Shown piece after piece: positions 11,801 through 23,170 of a stretch of 64,000 bases of DNA. Under the pieces are notes generated by a model. The model saw only the letters and a list, made by a program, of their open reading frames with translations, did no database searches and had not been told where the DNA came from. Numbering within the stretch: the stretch's first letter is position 1; each line of letters begins with the position of its first letter. Source of the stretch: Owenia fusiformis (lineage: Eukaryota). The translations under genes were made by a program, and so were the position numbers. The DNA lies in the NCBI GenBank assembly GCA_903813345.2, contig CAIIXF020000001.1, positions 42,532,001-42,596,000 of the forward strand. The letters are read 5' to 3'.

Positions 11801-14800
11801 AATCGCAAAAATAAGGAAAAACTTTGAATTTGACCTAGATTTTGACCTAGGCATTTTGGTGTACAAATTTTTATGAAAAGAAGGTTTTGAGGTCCCTTTC
11901 TTCTATGGGCTTCCATTATGTTTAGCTGTGCTTAGTCTATATCTCGTATTTTACACTTCAAAAAAATTTGAATTAACATGGGGCACCAAATTTAGCGATT
12001 TTTGAATTTTCAAAACGCCATAACTTCTGAACCGGAAGTCAGATCGAAATTTGGTTTTCAGATTCGGAATCCTGAGAAAATTTCCTATTAGACTGATATC
12101 CTGGACATTGGATTCGGAGAACTTTTTTTGGACCTCGTTTTCGGACACTGATATCTCGAAATCGGTTTGAGATACCAAAAAACTAAATCGACCCTAGATT
12201 TTCTACTTTTTTATGAGGAACACAATGAAAAAAAACCGGATCCAAAATATTGAAGGACGACCGAGAAAATCGAAAAAAGTGACAAAGTACTGGATTTGAC
12301 CTAGTTCTTGACCTTTGACCTAGATAAAAAATTGACCCAATTTCCCACCAACTAGATACTGAACCTAAATAAACTGTATTATGGTCCTTACTGGATACCT
12401 CATAGTTATTGAAAAAACTCCTAAAGAATAATAAGAATAAGAATAAGAATAAGAATAAGAACTAGACTTTGGAAATTGAACGAAGTTCAATTTCAGACTC
12501 CAGATCTAGACTTTTTTAAGCCCAGTCATCTAAAATAAGCCGAGTCATCCAGAATAAGCTGAGTCATCCAGAATAAGATGGATGGATAAAATAGGAAGGT
12601 AGAATAGGATAGAATGGGAAGGAACGATAGGATAGAATAAGAAAGAAGGATAGGATAGAACAGAATAGGAAGAAAGGATATGATAGGAGAGGATAGGATA
12701 GGAAGGACAGGAAGGAAAGGATACGAAGGAAGGATAGATCGGAAGGATAGGATAGGATCAGATAGGAAGGATGGATGAATTTTTCAATATTTTCTTCTCT
12801 ACTCTTGACTTTCTATCAGGATACCATCAAATCGATTTTCCGAAATTTCAAAACACCATAACTTCCAAACCGGAAGTCGAATCTAAATTTGATTTAAAGA
12901 TTCGGATTCCTGACAAAATTCTACCCCTAATTCATAACTCATACATTAAATTTGGCGAATTTTTATTTTGACCTACTTTTTGGACACGCCATAACTTCGG
13001 AACCGGAAGTCGGATCAAAATTTGGTTTGCAGATTCGGATTCCTGAGAAAATTCTATACTTAATTCATAACTCAAAGGTTAAATTTGGAGAATTTTTTAT
13101 TTTGACCTACATTTCGGACACCATATCTCAAAAGTGGGGCAAAATACTTTCTGACGGCAAAAGGCTCACACTATTAGCACATTCTTGGCTACATGTATAC
13201 AAAATTTCTAGGAATATAATTAATCTGTAGTGTCAGAATCGCAAAAATAAGGAAAAACTTTGAATTTGACCTAGATTTTGACCTAGGCATTTTGGTGTCC
13301 AAATTTTGAAGCTAGATGGCTTTTGAGGTCCCATTCTTTTAAAGGCTTTCATTACATTTAGCTGAACTTGGTCTATATTTAGTATTTTTCACTTCAAAAA
13401 AATCTTTTTTCCCATTGACTTAACATGGGCACCAAATTTAGCGATTTTTGAGGTTTCAAAACGCCATAACTTCCGAACCGGAAGTCGGATCAAAATTTGG
13501 TTTGCATATTCGGATTCCTGAGATCATTCTTCACTTATTCCATAATTCACATGTTGAATTTGGAGAATATTTTGTTCTGACCTACTTTCCGGACGCCATA
13601 TCTCAAAATCGGTAAGAGATATCAAAAAATAAAATCGACAATGTCTTAACCTACTTTTTTATTAGGAACACAATGAAAAAAAACCGGATCAAAAATATTG
13701 AAGGACGACCGAGAAAATCGAAAAAAGTGACAAAGTACTGAATTTGACCTAGTTCTTGACCTTTGACCTAGATAAAAATTTGACCCAATTTCCCACCAAC
13801 TAGATACTAAACCTAAATGAACTGTATTATGGTATTTACTGGATACCTTATAGTTATTGAAAAAACTCAAAAAGAATAATAAGAATAAGAATAATAACTA
13901 GACTTTGGAAATTGAACGAAGTTCAATTTCAGACTCCAGATCTAGACTTTTTTTGGCCGAGTCATCCAGAATAAGCCGAGTCATCCAAAATAAGCTGAGT
14001 CATCCAAAATAAGCTGAGTCATCCAGAAAAAGATGGATGGATGGATGGATGAAAAAGGAAGGAAGGATAGGCTAGAATAGGAAGGAACGATAGGATAGAA
14101 TAGGAAAGAATGATAGAATAGAATATGAAGAAGGAATAGAATAGGAAGGATAGGAAAGAGAGGATATGAAGGAAAGGTAGATAAGAAGGATACGATAGGA
14201 TCACAAAGGAAGGATGGATGCATTTTTCAATATTTTCTTCTCTACTCTTGACTTTCTATCAGGATACCATCAGATCGATTTTTCTCGAAATTTCAAAACG
14301 CCATAACTTTCGAATCGGAAATCGGATCGAAATTTGGTTTGCAGACTCGGATTCCTGAGAAAATTCTACCCTTAATTCATAACTCATATGCTAAATTTGG
14401 AGAACTTTTTATTTTGACCTACTTTTCGGACACCATATCTTAAAAGTGGGTAGAAATACTTTCTGACGGCAAAAGGCTAACACTATTAGCACACTTTTTC
14501 CTACCTGTATATAAAATTTTGAAGCAAATCATTGAAACATAGTGTCAGAATCGCAAAAATAAGGAAAAACTATGAATTTGACCTAGATTTTGACCTGGGG
14601 ATTTTGGTGTCCAAATTTTGAAGTTAGGTAGCCTTCGAGGTCCCTTTCTTTCATAGGCTTTCATTATTTTAAGCTGTACTTAGTCTATATATCGAATTTT
14701 ACACTTCAAAAAAATCTTTTTTCCCATTGACATAACATGGGGCACCAAATTTAGCGATTTTTGAGCTTTCAAAATGTCATAACTTCCGAACAGGAAGTCG

Positions 14801-17668
14801 GATCGAAATTTGATTTGCAGATTCGGATCTCTGAGAAAATTCTATACTTAATTCATAACTCAAACGTTAAATTTGGAGAATTTTTTATTTTGACCTACTT
14901 TTCGGACACCATATTTCAAAAGTGGGGCAAAATACTTTCTGACGGCAAAAGGCTAACACTATAAGCACACTCTTGGCTACATGTATACAAAATTTTGAAG
15001 AATATAATTAATCTGTAGTGTCAGAATCGCAAAAATAAGGAAAAACTTTGAATTTGACCTAGATTTTGACCTAGGCATTTTGGTGTCCAAATTTTTATGA
15101 AAAGAAGGTTTTGAGGTCCCTTTCTTTTATGGGCTTCCATTATGTTTAGCTGTGCTTAGTCTGTATCTCGTATTTTACACTTCAAAAAAATATTTTTTCC
15201 CATTGAATTAACATGGGGTACCAAATTTAGCGATTTTTGAATTTTCAAAACGCCATAACTTCTGAACCGGAAGTCAAATCGAAATTTGGTTTTCAGATTC
15301 GGAATCCTGAGAAAATCTCCTATAGGACTGATATCCTGGACATTGGATTCGGAGAACTTTTTTTTGGACCTCGTTTTCGGACACTGATATCTCGAAATCG
15401 GTTTGAGATACCAAAAAACTAAATCGACCCTAGATTTTCTACTTTTTAAGGAGGAACACAATGAAAAAAACCCGGATCAAAAATATTGAAGGACGACCGA
15501 GATAATGGGAAAAAGTGACAAAGTACTGGATTTGACCTAGTTCTTGACCTTTGACCTAGATAAAAATTTGACCCAATTTCCCACCAACTAGATACTGAAC
15601 CTAAATGAACTGTATAATGGTCTTTACTGGATACCTTATAGTTATTGAAAAAACTCTTAAAGAAAAATAATAATAAGAAGAAGAAGAATACTGGCAAAAA
15701 CAATAGACTCCAGATTGACATCTGGAGTCTAATAAGAATACTGGCAAAAACAATAGACTCCAGATTGACATCTGGAGTCTAATAAAGAAAAGTACGAGGT
15801 AATATTTACAGTACTCGCAGATTTTAAACACATTCAATCTTTATGTTTAGATAAGATTATTCTGTACACATTTACACACCGTGGCCATGTATTGATCAGG
15901 TGATTGTTTCTGTTATCGAATGACTTTGCAAATATCTTAAACTCATGACTTGGTCTGAATCCATATTCAGTTTGGGTTTCGGTTGGAATGGAAGAACTAA
16001 CCTTCAACTAGACACACGTCTGACAATGACGTTTCGGCACCAAGTTCATACAACCCGGACGCCATTTGGGGTATACACATCACCAAAGAACCCAATCCAA
16101 GTATCAAAGCAGCAAATGCCAAAAGCCGCGGTTTGTGTGTATGAGCTCCCCAGTATGTGATAGGAATTACAAGAATTGCAGCTGATATGTCGTATGAACT
16201 AGATATCAAGCCCACCCTAGCACTTGGCAACTGGTAGCGTCGTTCTAATGTCGAGACATTCACGTTGTTGATCCCATTCACAACAAATCCTGAAAGATAA
16301 TATAATATTTTTGTGCTTTTGTACGAAAACACATTCTTGTTTAAGGACTTTACAAAGTAGATGTTATATAGCTAGATCTTGTTTTAGAAATTGTTTAGTT
16401 ACTTATATATAGCGATTTTGTAATAACGGATAACAAGCATAATAGAGGTCCTTACTTTTGGCAACAGTGTTTTTGACATTTCTTCATTATTTGATATTTG
16501 AGCACTAAACATATTTCCATTTGACTCATATTCACATAACGGTATTTAGCAAATTGTCAATGACCTTGTATTTGATTTTATTTGTTTGATTCTTTCGTAA
16601 TTGTTGGTTTGCCATGATATTCAAAACTGAATTGAACCATAATGTTTATGAGATTCAAGTAATTAATTCGGAAAGAAAAACAAATAAATCAGCAAGCATC
16701 ATCAACAGTTTATTTGCATCATATATTTGTCGTCAATTAACATGATTATTACCGTGATATTCATTTGGAATCCAGTTTGGCGATTATTAATAAATACATA
16801 TTTACAGACTATACAATGCAAGTGATCAGTTGAATCTGATAAAATCAAGAGAAAGTTGATATGTTTGTAATGAATGCGAGACCCACACAGCACAGTCAAT
16901 GACCCACGAACCCATCTTGATTGACTGGCTACACATAGCTGCACTATTAATTTGTCACTTTTCAATTTTGCAAGCGAATAATGATCATATAGATATAGTT
17001 AAACCTAAAGTCAATATCTCTGTTTAATGTCTTGATATCATAACTGAGAGGTACAAGTTAAGATAAATTGGAAGAATAAAAAAACAAATACGAAAATATC
17101 GTTTTGAATACTTGGTTGACTTTTCTCATTTTTATTTCACTTTTCTATACTTTTACTTTCTTCGTGAGCCAATCTACCGATATTACAGGTTCCATGAAAT
17201 GATGATATGCGTCCGTGATAATGACCCATGTATCTAGCACAAATTGAATAAAATAAAATGAAGAAGTTAAACTGATGAAGGATTAGGGATGTAGTTTGAA
17301 ACATCTAAAATAAAATGTACCAGTAGAGAGAAATAAAAGGAATTACAATATACATTGTAGATATAAAACACTGAAAACCTGATCGATAAAACGTGAGATA
17401 AAGTTACGTTACCTTGAATCATTGAGAAGATGCACATAACAACAAGGAACGTTTTTGTGTTGTTACACCTCTGGAGCATACTTGGGGCACAGCTGCCATA
17501 TCCACAGCTCAATTCAGGGTCCTTGATATCTGTACCGTGTGTCGGCTCCATTGCTTTAGCAATAGCAGTATCTGTCCCATTCTCGGTGATATTGCCATAT
17601 AAAGAGACATGACCATTATTTTCAATGTTTTTCATATCTCCCTGGTCCTTTTTTGTGTCTGTGCCCAT
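5392..17668 (-). CDS. SLCO4: Solute carrier organic anion transporter (OATP), SLCO4A1/4C1-like; 10 coding exons, 742 aa
   Basis: Exons joined by hand: 17413-17668, 16002-16289, 9888-10061, 9357-9453, 8979-9100, 7931-8191, 7322-7517, 6820-6976, 6025-6268, 5392-5825 (2229 nt, divisible by 3). Every intron is GT-AG and phase-consistent. The protein has the OATP signature DPRWVGAWWIGF, the N-terminal ...QGFVVNG...LERRYQLPS...GLISSSYDI segment typical of SLCO4, a Kazal-like loop (CNQNCNC...YEPICGVDGVEYFTPCHAGC) and PGPILFGYLFDITCLQWQNKC...GSCWVYD. The 4A1 versus 4C1 subfamily cannot be resolved by eye. Confidence 0.95.
6025..6268 (-). CDS. SLCO4: SLCO4-like exon 9 (RYANCSCI...FIRCL)
   Basis: Acceptor TTCCAG|AGA; donor TTAG|GTGAGT. 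Confidence 0.92.
6820..6976 (-). CDS. SLCO4: SLCO4-like exon 8 (Kazal-like domain)
   Basis: Acceptor ATATAG|T; donor AAG|GTATTA. Confidence 0.92.
7322..7517 (-). CDS. SLCO4: SLCO4-like exon 7 (GLAAVVGAAGGQFLGG...NVSYFN)
   Basis: Acceptor TTATAG|GG; donor TT|GTAAGT. Confidence 0.92.
7641..7718. mobile_element. 78-bp micro-MITE of the same family, in SLCO intron 6
   Basis: TACCCTGCGCGCAGAGTCTAG...GCAAAGGGTA; flanks CTGATGCAT / CTGATGCAC (8/9). Confidence 0.75.
7931..8191 (-). CDS. SLCO4: SLCO4-like exon 6 (EAKNAR...FMPKFIQNQF...ALYG)
   Basis: Acceptor TTACAG|AA; donor GGAG|GTGAGA. Confidence 0.93.
8979..9100 (-). CDS. SLCO4: SLCO4-like exon 5 (OATP signature DPRWVGAWWIGF)
   Basis: Acceptor TTGCAG|A; donor CCAG|GTAAGA. 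Confidence 0.95.
9357..9453 (-). CDS. SLCO4: SLCO4-like exon 4 (GIMYTFSGFGPAIGYIAGGQFLNIYVD...)
   Basis: Acceptor TTTCAG|GT; donor GG|GTAAGA; contains the GPAIGY motif. This frame is not shown in the ORF track. Confidence 0.92.
9888..10061 (-). CDS. SLCO4: SLCO4-like exon 3 (GNNVTAPYC...LSPLYI)
   Basis: Acceptor ATTTAG|GA; donor ATAG|GTAAGT; contains the GQFLHGIAG OATP motif. Confidence 0.93.
10554..15783 (-). mobile_element. Trimer of Helentron-associated (HINE/DINE-1-like) non-autonomous rolling-circle elements in SLCO intron 2
   Basis: Three bodies start at 10554, 12461 and 13897, each with ACTAG, the hairpin GAAATTGAAC-GAA-GTTCAATTTC and the subTIR AGACTCCAGA. Each has ~120-bp central repeats and an (AATAAG)n microsatellite. 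The other terminus (AGACTCCAGA-TTGACA-TCTGGAGTCT-AAT) is present twice, at 15684-15733 and 15734-15783. Confidence 0.8.
16002..16289 (-). CDS. SLCO4: SLCO4-like exon 2 (GFVVNG...DVCLVE)
   Basis: Acceptor TTTCAG|GA; donor GAAG|GTTAGT. Confidence 0.93.
17413..17668 (-). CDS. SLCO4: SLCO4-like coding exon 1 (MGTDTKK...MCIFSMIQ)
   Basis: ATG at 17668; donor CAAG|GTAACG at 17412, phase 1. Confidence 0.9.
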
Positions 17669-18841
17669 TTTACAGTCGTGTTTGTGGGCAAGTACTGGAA
17701 TATTAGCTTATGCTTCTTGCAATATGTTGTTAAATCTTCTCAAGTAGAATGTATTTTTCACTTTAAAAATTGAACTTGATATAATATAGGTTTGCAATTT
17801 TACTTGAGCAATGAGTATATACACTTAATCCTGTGACCAATAAATGTATAATGCCTCTGTTATTTTTTATACAAATACAACATTCTGTATGTAAACTTTA
17901 CTAACATATCGTTGACATGTTTACAATATACCTTTACAATGCTTAAAATCGATTTTGTGTTTTTAAATGTTCCCCGTGTCTTAGATTTCTTTCTCTCCGT
18001 TAGAATTCTCCAGCCAGTGGTGCCATTTTAGTTTAAAAGTACTTTAGGACTTTTGATATTGACTATACTACTTATAACGTTTAGCTTCTACTCATCGGAT
18101 GACAGTGAAATAATATCAGTGTAGTCCCTATTGGTTCTATGTTATCAGTGTTGACAGATTATCAGATCATAAACACGTCAGGAACCTTCAATCTGGACGA
18201 GGGGCCACTATGTTGTATGACAGAACTCGGAGATTGTTGGTTATCGTTTTTTTAACAAACTAGACTTGAGATGAAGTCTCAATTATAATGATCCTTCAAT
18301 GGACGGCGTGAGAGACATTTCAAAATTATGATTTTTAAATTACTGTTTTAAAAACAAGGTGCCATATGAAGAAATTCGAATTCATCTTCAGGAAAATATA
18401 TAGAAATAACTAGATCGAGATATGCGCATTTTGTCCAAATACTGTAGGTTTCAAATGTACGAGAGTGCACAAGTACTCATTCATCAACTACTTTTATATG
18501 GCCATGTATGGGCTGATTTACTACTACCATTATCAGTTTATCAATTGTTATCGCTGATTTTTGGACATCGAACGATTATTCTACTAGGAACAGCTCATGT
18601 CACAAGTGGAAGTGAAACACATAAATTAACCATCGCAATTATTAAGATTTTGAAATCTTCAGATATGATTTTGTTTTATTTTACATGTAACCCTAATTTA
18701 TTTTAAAAAAAGTGATAAATAGAATGACTAAATAGCATGACCCTAGAGCACCTTGATGCCTATCCGTACAACTGCTTATCGGATAGGTTTCAATTATATC
18801 TGAACTTATTGTTATTCAAATGCAATACGCAACATTTGTTC

Positions 18842-19152
18842 TTATCGTATGATCTGTAAAATGAAGCCCTCTGATTGGTCAGTTCTTGTGCTGTACCAAT
18901 CTGTATTGCTACTGAGATTGTCCGCGTTGATCATCTCCGTCGCAATACAGAAAATATTGGTACGGAGGAGACAATCTCAGTAGCAATACAGAGGATAACA
19001 CGATAAAAACGTTATTGAATGATTTGAAGTGCAATACAGGATATATTCTGTCTCGATATTCTGTATTGGCACTCGACTTCGTCTCGTTCCAATACGGAAT
19101 TTCTCGAACAGAATATATCCTGTATTGCACTTCAAATCATTCAATAACTTAT
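18842..19152. mobile_element. ~310-bp double-hairpin non-autonomous element (Crypton-like by architecture)
   Basis: Two inverted-repeat blocks; the second has a 41-bp perfect stem (19011-19051 with 19108-19148) around GCACTCGACTTCGTCTCGT. Near-identical copies occur at 56378-56985. Confidence 0.7.
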
Positions 19153-20326
19153 ATTATTGCATTCTGTATTCTGTATTTTGTCTTTACATTGTTTTTAACG
19201 ATGGGTTTCAAAATTGATTTTAGATACTTTGTTCAAAAATACACGTCAAGTGGTGTTTAAATTGTCTGTGTGTTTCTGATCGCCAGTGTTCCTGAGAAAA
19301 ATATGTAAAATGACAATAACGTCAATTGCACAAAACTCATTCAAATATGATCAATCCATATATAAACGATCCATATTGGACTCACAGCCTGCGGGAAATT
19401 AGAAATTAGAAAGTCTTTAGCCCTTGCACTACTGAATCACTACTGATATAAGTACTTGACGTTGTTTGTCAATACATGAACAATTGTCCTATCTCAGTAT
19501 TTGTTCGTGTGTCTGTTTGTTTGTTTGCTTGTTTGTTTATTCTTCAAGTGATGTGCGATACCACACAACGTCGTCGGTATCATAACAACGCCAATGCCCA
19601 ATCCGGTATGAAATGGATCGAGAGTCAGGTTCCTTGTGTCAGAAGTTCTCTCACATAGGAGTGGACATGCATAAATTATTTAGCTATAGGAAATATTGGC
19701 AAAATGTGTCTCCCTACCACCATTCAGAAATCACCCATTGCTCTCCCCAACATTTTCAAGGTTTCTGTAAGATTTTTTGTTGGTATGGTAATCAAGATGA
19801 GGCTTCATTTATGTAAAAAAAATTAAATATGGCCTATTTTATGCGAGTCAATTTTATTTTATAAAACATCAAGTGATGCCTCCATTGCAATTTTGACATA
19901 TCCCTGGGATATAAAGATGGATGAACTGATATTCTAAAAATGCCATTTAAGCTCTGGTATCAACCAAAATCCCATATCATCCAGTGTTTTACGTTTTTCG
20001 TTCAGCACACTTTAACCAGAAGTAACCGTATGCACATATCGTTCGGAATCGGAACTGGTTTGGAATTGGAAGAAAATTTGAAAACAAACTTCGTCTTTAG
20101 TTTATAAATAGACTCTGCGCGCAGGGTAGTCGATATCATATTTTCCCTCAGAATAAAATTCCTATTCATATATCCCTCACATTAGATATACCCCTGCGCT
20201 ATATAATGCATAGCAAGATATGGATGACCACAATATACACTGAGTTCATGGCTAAGGCTCACTTCCGCCTGAGGTTGGTGTAATTTAATTGCTCGATATG
20301 TTAATAAGGAGGATTCGCAGCCATTA

Positions 20327-20965
20327 AAAAACTCGATACTCCGTTGCCCGGCGTGGAACAAATTAGTAAAAATATTTCATAAAATTCTCTTTGGACCAAG
20401 TATTTAATTAGAAGATATACATTACGAATATTATGGTAATATTCAAATTTCATTGGCAGTTCTAGTCTTCAAAATATGAGTAATATTTTTACCAAATTGG
20501 TACACGCCGGGCAACTCCAACATCGAGTTTTGGATAACGGCCGAACTCTCGTGCAGTGATAATATCACTGCGGCGGGCAGGTATCTCATCGTAAGCATGG
20601 TAACTTCGTAATAAGCAACTGACGTGATTGGTTCTAGTCCCATGCTCAGGTCGCGTGATTGTAAATTTAGACAATTTCATTGGTTGAATTGCGCGTATTA
20701 ACTAATAAACAACACGTGCGGTAAACTATTATCAACAAAACTATTACTCAGAATTCCTTCCGCGGTGATTTCTTCTCATATTTCAATAATTTTGAAATAT
20801 TTTGACAAAATAATGATCGGTGAACATAAAAGAACATATATTTTATAAGTTGTATGAAAATCAAGTACATCTGTGACAAAAAGGGGGACTATCTTCCCCA
20901 AATTTTGGGGATTCCATAATCTGCCCGCCGCAGTGTCTATACCGAGACACTGCATTGGAGTTCGG
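20327..20965. repeat. Degenerate element made of two adjacent inverted-repeat pairs
   Basis: 20327-20376 is inverted at 20482-20531; 20541-20580 is inverted at 20921-20965. Confidence 0.55.
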
Positions 20966-21415
20966 ATAACGGCTTCCAATCCTCCTTGATATGTCAGAGG
21001 TTTCCAATATGGTTATATTATGCTGCCATCTTTAAACGAATGTACTCGACATCCATGGAACACTGAATGGCTGAAGCATGTCATGCCATCTATAATACAT
21101 ACCAATTTCAATATTAAAGTGGAACTGTCAAATAAAATGGACATGTGTTTAAGTCAATAGTAATAAGGTAACCAGAATGTTCACTAGCCAGATGCTACCA
21201 TATAACTATGAAACTACGAAATAAACTATTCTTTTATATGTATTTTATAACAAAAATAAGTTTTTATTGTTGTTTTCAATATATCCCTCTTGGCTTTCTA
21301 ATCGTAAATTCTATCCTTACCAAAAATGATAGGGTATAAAAGTGATAATTAATAATGATTGCGCTAATGTGTATCTAGTTTTTATATAATGATTAGAACA
21401 TTGGCATAGTGCATA

Positions 21416-21453
21416 ATATATTATATTATATATATAATATATATATATATATA
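21416..21453. repeat. (TA)n microsatellite
   Basis: Read directly from the sequence. Confidence 0.85.
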
Positions 21454-21909
21454 AATCCCTACTTTACGGCAAACAGTGTAACCTTCTTCAGTGCCATTTT
21501 CTAATTCTATCATCTACTGACATTCACTCGATCGTAACGATTCTATTTATTCAGACACTAGGTTTACTACTCCACGACAGTTTAATTAGGTATGTGACTG
21601 AGATGGTATTCCTTTTATTAATACACAAACTATTATTACCAAGTAATACGTTTTCAATGAAATACAAATGAAGCATGTGAAGCCAGAACGATATTTCCAT
21701 TGTGCATACCCAGGATCCTGGTGTTGACAAGGTCTTACGTGTGCGAGATAGTTCATATTGTCTATATTTAGTTGTTCATTAAGGTGTCTTAAACATTCAA
21801 GTTAACCCAATTAGTATAATACTGACTATGACATTCACTTTCAAAATAAAACCAATGGACGATACAATATTACGAGGGTACATCGGGTGCTCATTGTAAA
21901 ATAGTGTTA

Positions 21910-22122
21910 CAGTTGGGAACAAAAATAAATGACAGGTCGATTTTCTATCACCATTTTCTAATCATTGTCGTCTGAAAGCCCATAATTTCTAATATTGTCT
22001 AAATACATATCCCTTAAAATTTGTATATTTTACATTTTGTAAAATCTCATCCAATAAAGTATAGCCTCTTGAAAATTCTCACTTCAGCAAATCCACCTGT
22101 CATTTATTTATGTTCCAAACTG
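21910..22122. mobile_element. 213-bp Tc1/mariner-type MITE with TA TSD
   Basis: TA|CAGTTGGGAACAAAAATAAATGACAGGT...ACCTGTCATTTATTTATGTTCCAAACTG|TA (26/28 TIR match). Confidence 0.85.
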
Positions 22123-23170
22123 TACTTGTAATACCTAAACTAGCTACTGAGCAAACTAGAATTACAAGTTTTTCCCACATAGCGTAACTGACAGTGCTCA
22201 GACATTCAATCACATTACACCTTTTAGTTGATGCACCTAAAACAGTCATTAATTCATCCTACTCTTTTCCTTAAGCATAGTAAAATTTGCATAATCCTTT
22301 TTTTGTTAAAAGCAATGAATGACGGACTAATTTCCTATATAGCATAGGAATATAGCATTAGAGAGGTACCGGGAATGAAAATAACATCCGAGTTGTATTA
22401 CCTTAAGAGTGATTGCAATAATACGAAGGACTATAATAAAATTTGTGTTTAATGTATTTTAGAATGATGATATATGGGATTATAGGAAGATCAAAATGGA
22501 TAACACGGATGTACATAGTTTACAAAACACAATTTAGCGTGAAGCGTTTGTAAAACAGCAAGGGCGCGAGTCCTCATCAAGTACGTCATTGTCATCAAGT
22601 ACTAATTGATCACATTGTACTCGGTCAAATACCTTATTATCATGATTATTACCACCTTGCCGGGCCAGTTCTAGGGGTTTTAGTGCTGGTTTAGAAGGCA
22701 TTCATTTTACTATATCGACCTGAGCAATATGTGACGTCATAGTGGCTGTCAATACTCCCGGTTAACCCCAGAGTTCAAAGATGACATACGCTTATAATGT
22801 AAACCTGTATTGAGATGACATACACCTCTGATTGGTCCAAATCGATAAACATGACGTGATTGTACTATTACAATTACCATGATCATTAACTGACATCTGA
22901 CGTAGGCTAGCTTTTGGATTCTACCAATACTATCTCACATTAATTTGATTGTTGAGATTCGACCAACTTGAGTTCTTCTGAGATGATGAGGGTTTTATTT
23001 CTATCATCATGATGATATAATGATATCCTCATGTTAAGTCAATGATGTATATCCCCATGTTTAGTCTATACTGTTACGCGGTAAACAAGATACAAAAATA
23101 TGTCATATTCCGCAACGAATATGGCATATTCACTTGCGGTGTATGACAGATTCACCTGCGGTATATGGCA

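Noticed and set aside
10859..15837. Short ORFs in SLCO intron 2
   Set aside because: Repeat-derived or low-complexity translations of HINE bodies and purine tracts; the SLCO frame joins exon 2 to exon 3 without them.
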